Shown: positions 1-19,051 of the stretch, piece by piece
Layout of the letters: the number at the start of each line of letters is the position of its first letter
How positions within the stretch are numbered: position 1 is the first letter of the stretch
NCBI RefSeq assembly: GCF_006345805.1
Contig: NW_021824340.1
Location: 1-19,051, forward strand
Direction: 5' to 3'
DNA: 19,051 nt
DNA from: Octopus sinensis
Taxonomy: Eukaryota
Position numbers and translations under genes: made by a program
The notes under the pieces: model-generated
Told to the model about the DNA's origin: nothing
Databases searched by the model: none
The model's input: the letters and a program-made list of their open reading frames with translations, nothing else

Positions 1-173
1 TTTTGACATATATAAGGGAAGTAACTCTCTAAAAATTTATTATTAATCTCAGAACGTAAAAAAGCTACAGTAACACCCACTATATTAAGATGGCTATTAT
101 ACTTTACATCTCTAAAAATGCTTATATAGTTATTTCCCTTGCAAACCCGAGCAACGCCGGGCGATACTGCTAG
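1..173 (+). mobile_element. Helitron-like non-autonomous element, 3' end (family H1, cut by window edge)
   Basis: Ends CCCGAGCAACGCCGGG (hairpin, 146-161) ...CTAG (170-173) followed by T. The terminus is identical to the copies at 2288 and 18072. Confidence 0.75.
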
Positions 174-216
174 TTCTATATACAATACCCAAACGATTTA
201 GCTCTTCCGTAATATA

Positions 217-520
217 CAGGGTGTCCCAAAGGTCTCTGATGGGTTTCAATTTTTAATAACTTCCTTAACTTTATAAATAAATGCATGAAATTTTGATACA
301 ATATAAAGGATATAATGGGAATTAATATACACGAGTTAAATTTTGCAACACCACTGGATCCCATATGAAAAAGGACATCGCTTAAATGGCAGCCATTTTT
401 AGCCCGTGCACTTTTCAAAACTTGCACGATAATACCCTGAAGAGTATGCCAATCTATGCTTGGTGATCCTAGCTTCTAGCGACATTTTCGGCCTGATCTG
501 CTTAAGAACTTCTCCATTGG
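217..520 (-). mobile_element. Tc1/mariner-like element, 3' remnant
   Basis: TA + CAGGGTGTCCC TIR-like end at 215-227. The minus-strand peptide (LKSARAKNGCHLSDVLFH) resembles degenerate IS630/Tc1/mariner transposase C-termini, recognised from memory. The inner boundary is approximate. Confidence 0.5.
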
Positions 521-633
521 ATTATATTGAACTGAAATCGATAAAAATGACGCAGTGTATGAATTGAACCCAACGATGATTTTTCAAAGCATTATTCACC
601 CCAGAAATACCTCATATTTCATTGTCTCCTTAG

Positions 634-15132
<14,499 letters not shown>

Positions 15133-15399
15133 GCAGGGTTTTTTAATGAACACAAAATAATAGCAAACTAAAGGCACCAGTGACTTTATATATAATCCCA
15201 CGAAATCGTTTACCATGATTGTTTCCCTTTTTAACACATTTAAGTTTTGTCTCTCTCTGTTCAGATTGAAATTTCAGCAATCGATTCTCAGACTTAATGT
15301 GCAGTGTGAGAGTTTGTGTGTGTGTGTGTGTGTGTGCTTGCATGTGTATGTGCGTATGTGTATACATATATATATATATATTCTGTAATGAGATAAAAA

Positions 15400-15610
15400 A
15401 AAACCAAGGCTGTGTAGATTTTAGAACATTTATAAATAGGTTTATTTTCTCTCTGTTTATTTCGTCGTCTTCCTTTCTGTTGAAGAGCGTAGGCTCGAAA
15501 CATAAAAGACTTTCTCACCTTCCCGGGTGTTAAACTAATATACCTGTTTGTTGTTTATGCACCTGTCTTCGTCTTTTATTTTTTTTTTGTAAATTCCAAC
15601 TATATATATA
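15400..15610 (+). mobile_element. Penelope-like repeat terminus with hammerhead-like motif, copy 2
   Basis: Homologous to the reverse complement of 3555-3740; motif at 15473-15509; (TA)n tail. Confidence 0.55.
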
Positions 15611-15654
15611 TATGTGTGTAAGGCTATGAATTATTCATAGCTTAATAATCCTAT

Positions 15655-16000
15655 GTGTGAAGGCGCATGGCTCAGTGGTTAGAGCGTCGGGCTTACGATC
15701 GTGAGGTTGTGAGCTCGAATCCCGGACCGGGCTGCGTGTTGTGTTCTTGAGCAAATCACTTTATTTTTCACGTTGCTCCAGTTCACTCAGCTGTAGAAAT
15801 GAGTTGCGACGTCACTGGTGCCAAGCTGTATCGACCTTTGTCTTTCCCTTGGATAACACTGGTGGCGTGGAGAGGGGAGGCTGGTATGCATGGGCGACTG
15901 CTGGTCTTCCATAAACAACCTTGCCCGGACTTGTGTCTAGGAGGGTAACTTTCTAGGTGCAATCCCATGGTCATTCATGACCGAAGGGGGTCTTTACCCT
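15655..16000 (+). mobile_element. Full-length tRNA-derived SINE (family D, CORE-like segment) with 13-bp TSD
   Basis: A box TGGCTCAGTGG, B-box-like GAGCTCGAATCCC. Perfect direct repeat TTAATAATCCTAT at 15642-15654 and 16001-16013. Confidence 0.88.
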
Positions 16001-16154
16001 TTAATAATCCTATACTGTAATTCGATGAATAATTTTTTAAACGTTAGGAAACTAACAATTATTTAGCTTTATTTGCAAAAAATGCCACCCCATCTTAAGA
16101 AATTGATCACCACTTTTGCCCTAAATCATGCAAAATTCTATCGGGTGTGCTGAC

Positions 16155-16180
<26 letters not shown>

Positions 16181-16187
<7 letters not shown>

Positions 16188-16852
16188 AAATCCGTTCTGT
16201 CTGTCTGTGTCTTCTAGGATCTCGGGCATCCTCCATCCGATTGCGCTCAAATTTGATATGTAGACACAGACGGTATCAGGGCGTGTATAAGTCTTGAAAA
16301 AATTACAAAAATCGATTCCTGGTAAGAATGCAATCGATAAAGTTGTGGGAACGTGCATTTGTACGCGCAAGTACATCAGCTGTTGCGATTGATACTAAGC
16401 ACGTGCAGTTTGCGCAAAAAAATCATCATGCTTTTCCATCTAGATTTACCTCCAGCTAACACGTTTGCATGCATCGTTTTTGTCCTGCTTTTCTTCCGTC
16501 AACCTGTATATAACTACACCTTCCATTTTTTATTGTTTTTGTACTGCTTAAAGGCACGTTTCTTTCCTGCCAAGCTTACTGTTTAAACCATGTTTGTGTT
16601 CTCCCAGTCAACAGCCTTATCATTACTGGAATTTAAACTCTTCGGTTGCATATTTGTGTTAATAAAATCGTTATTCTTTGGAATAGAAAAAAGTCTATCT
16701 ATATTCCTTCTTGTGCTGGTGTCACAAACTTAGGTTAAATCGGTGTTTCTCGAAGGGGATGCCTATGGGACGGTCGGACAAGTCGTCTTGAGAAAATTTG
16801 GTTTAAATGTTTGACAACTCATCATCGTCCATTGGACGGGGGGGTTGCTCGT
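16181..16852 (+). mobile_element. Dispersed repeat, Helitron-like family H2, copy 2 (more complete)
   Basis: Aligns with 2938-3530 and carries extra internal blocks. 3' perfect hairpin CGTCC-ATT-GGACG followed by TTGCTCGT. Confidence 0.65.
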
Positions 16853-16854
16853 AT

Positions 16855-16939
<85 letters not shown>

Positions 16940-16987
16940 TACATATGTATGTGTGTATTTATATACACGTACACACATGCATGTATA

Positions 16988-17234
16988 CATCGGTTGTCAA
17001 GCGCTGCTGGGGGGACAAACACACAAACATATATATACACACACATACATATATATATATATACACATATACGACAGGCTTCTTCCAGTTTCCGTCTACC
17101 AAATCCACTCACAAGGCTTTGGTCGGCCTGAGGCTATAGCAGAAGACACTTGCCCAGGGTGCCATGCAGTGGGACTGAACTCGAGACCATGTGGTTGGTA
17201 AGTATGCTACTTACCACACAGCCACTCCTGTGCC
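16988..17234 (-). mobile_element. SINE family B, 5' half
   Basis: Reverse complement of ~14481-14725 (CAGTTTCCGTCTACCAAATCCACTCACAAGGC...CTTACCACACAGCCAC). Confidence 0.8.
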
Positions 17235-18071
17235 TTATACTTTTTCTTTTAAAAGGTATGCGATGCGAGATAATATGACTACTATTTTCAGAAAATTGAG
17301 CGATCACGCAAAGGCTTTTTCATTAACTGGGGATGGATCATTGATTCGATATTAGTCTTCTAGAATCTGAGTTCAAATTCCACTGAAGCTCACTTTTGCC
17401 TTCCGATCTTCCTAGGTCGATAAAACTAAAATACCAGTCAGAAACAGCGGTCTCTCTTACCAAATCTGAAACTCTGTATCTCTGGTGTGGCGGGGATCGA
17501 TATTAATGTCTTCTAGAATGCTCTAAAAAGGTTTTTATAACAACAGAGTGAGAGAATATTGTTGATGGAGATGCTGAAGAGAGTAAAAACACGATAACAA
17601 ACGCAAGCGCAAAAAGATTTTAAGTAAAAATATAAATTTATTTCAAAATACATAGCTAGATTCCCTGGTTTACTTGAGTTTCTGGTTGTACGAACTGAAA
17701 AATAAAATGACAGAAATATCACTTATTAAGTCATGAATCGGTAGCGATAAATCATGTCTAAGCAAATAACTACCTCTGAACACGTATTATTGACAACGCT
17801 CAAACAAGCAGAAATACATCTGTCATTCTCACGAGCCACTACTGGGACGATTTTTGTCTCATTACGAAATACATTGTGTCTTCAAACACATCACACCCAT
17901 AAGAGATATCTCAGGATAAGATACTGCTGTAAATTTGTCTTTCAACGATGTATTTACATTAAGTATGATACATAAACGGCAATTTTAATCAAGTACTGTT
18001 TCTGCTGCATATAACGGATTTTTATTCAGCCGAATGGCTATTTTGCAACACCAGTGGATATTTATACACTA

Positions 18072-18467
18072 CTAGCAGTATCGCCCGGCGTTGCTCGGGT
18101 TTGTAAGGGAAATAACTATATAAGCATTTTAGGGAGTATAGCCAAAAAATAGCAAAAAAATGCATTAAAAATGGGAAAAAAATGATGGTAAATTTTTTTT
18201 TAAATCGTTGACTCATCGTAGACATTTTTAGAGAGTTACTTCCCTTATATAATAGTGAGAAAAATGCATAAAAATGGAAAAAAATGATGGTAAATTTTTT
18301 TTAAATCGTAGATTCATCGTAGACGCGCGTTAATACCTAGAAGGGCTCGATATGAATCACGACTATAAAATACCCGGTTTTGGTTAAACTGCACCGCAAA
18401 ATGTGGGAGTAGTTAGGAATCTAAATCGTAGGAGACAGACACACAACCTCTCTTTTATATATAAAGA
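18072..18467 (-). mobile_element. Helitron-like non-autonomous element (family H1)
   Basis: On the minus strand: A|TCTTTATATATAAAAGAG start, terminal hairpin CCCG..CGGG and CTAG|T end. Internal ~70-bp duplication (about 18157-18225 and 18261-18325). Confidence 0.8.
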
Positions 18468-18727
18468 TTTCCTAAATTTCGGTAGCGACAAATTTCGTCT
18501 GAGTATTTTGTTGGCTGTGAGTATATGCTATTGACAACGCCCAACGGGGCAGAAGTACGTTTGGCGTTCTCACAGCCGCTGTTGAGGCGATTTTCGTCTC
18601 CCTTCGATGTATATCACGTCTGTAAACACAGTATATCCGGACAAATACCACAGCAAATTTCCCTTTATTTACATTATGCATGATACACATATAGATAGAT
18701 CGATAGATAGATAGATAGATAGATAGA

Positions 18728-18880
18728 CAATGAGCTTCTTTCAGTTTCCATCAACCAAATCCGATCACAAGGATCTGATCGGCCCGAAGCTGAAGTTGAA
18801 AACACTTGCTCAAGATGACATGCACTGGGGCCGAACCAGGAACCACATGGTTGGGCAGAAAACGCCCCCTAACACACAGT
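18728..18880 (-). mobile_element. Highly degenerate SINE family B head
   Basis: GCTTCTTTCAGTTTCC.TC.ACCAAATCC..TCACAAGG and GGAACCACATGGTTGG match the reverse complement of family B. Confidence 0.6.
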
Positions 18881-18889
18881 ACGCCTATA

Positions 18890-19051
<162 letters not shown>

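Noticed and set aside
1-633. Possible first (signal-peptide) exon of the MMP
   Set aside because: The region is Helitron and mariner remnants, and I found no ATG plus hydrophobic leader with a suitable phase-2 donor.

Overview
This is a eukaryotic, AT-rich, repeat-dense genomic window. The SINE families and microsatellite load look like an octopus/cephalopod genome; that is an inference from recalled repeat families, not a database result. The one host gene is a spliced matrix metalloproteinase (M10A/matrixin) on the + strand, 5'-partial. It has nine in-frame GT-AG exons: join(634..779,1346..1418,3996..4135,9067..9324,10610..11038,12628..12789,13542..13669,14145..14296,15024..15132), 1597 nt, about 531 aa plus stop. 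These encode the end of the prodomain with cysteine switch PRCGVKD, a complete catalytic domain ([11 protein letters not shown], Met-turn), a ~134-aa hinge and a four-blade hemopexin domain. The signal-peptide exon(s) appear to lie upstream of the window. Introns and flanks contain tRNA-derived SINEs (two with perfect 13-bp TSDs), Helitron-like elements, a hAT MITE with an 8-bp TSD and a nested Helitron, Tc1/mariner and LINE remnants, Penelope-like repeats and long microsatellites. Almost all ORFs in the supplied track are microsatellite artefacts. I found no convincing novel multi-gene system. The best leads are a hammerhead-ribozyme-like motif conserved between two diverged repeat copies, a dead duplicate of an MMP exon, the unusual MMP hinge, SINEs with one head and three different bodies, and an unexplained old ~150-bp duplication downstream of the gene.
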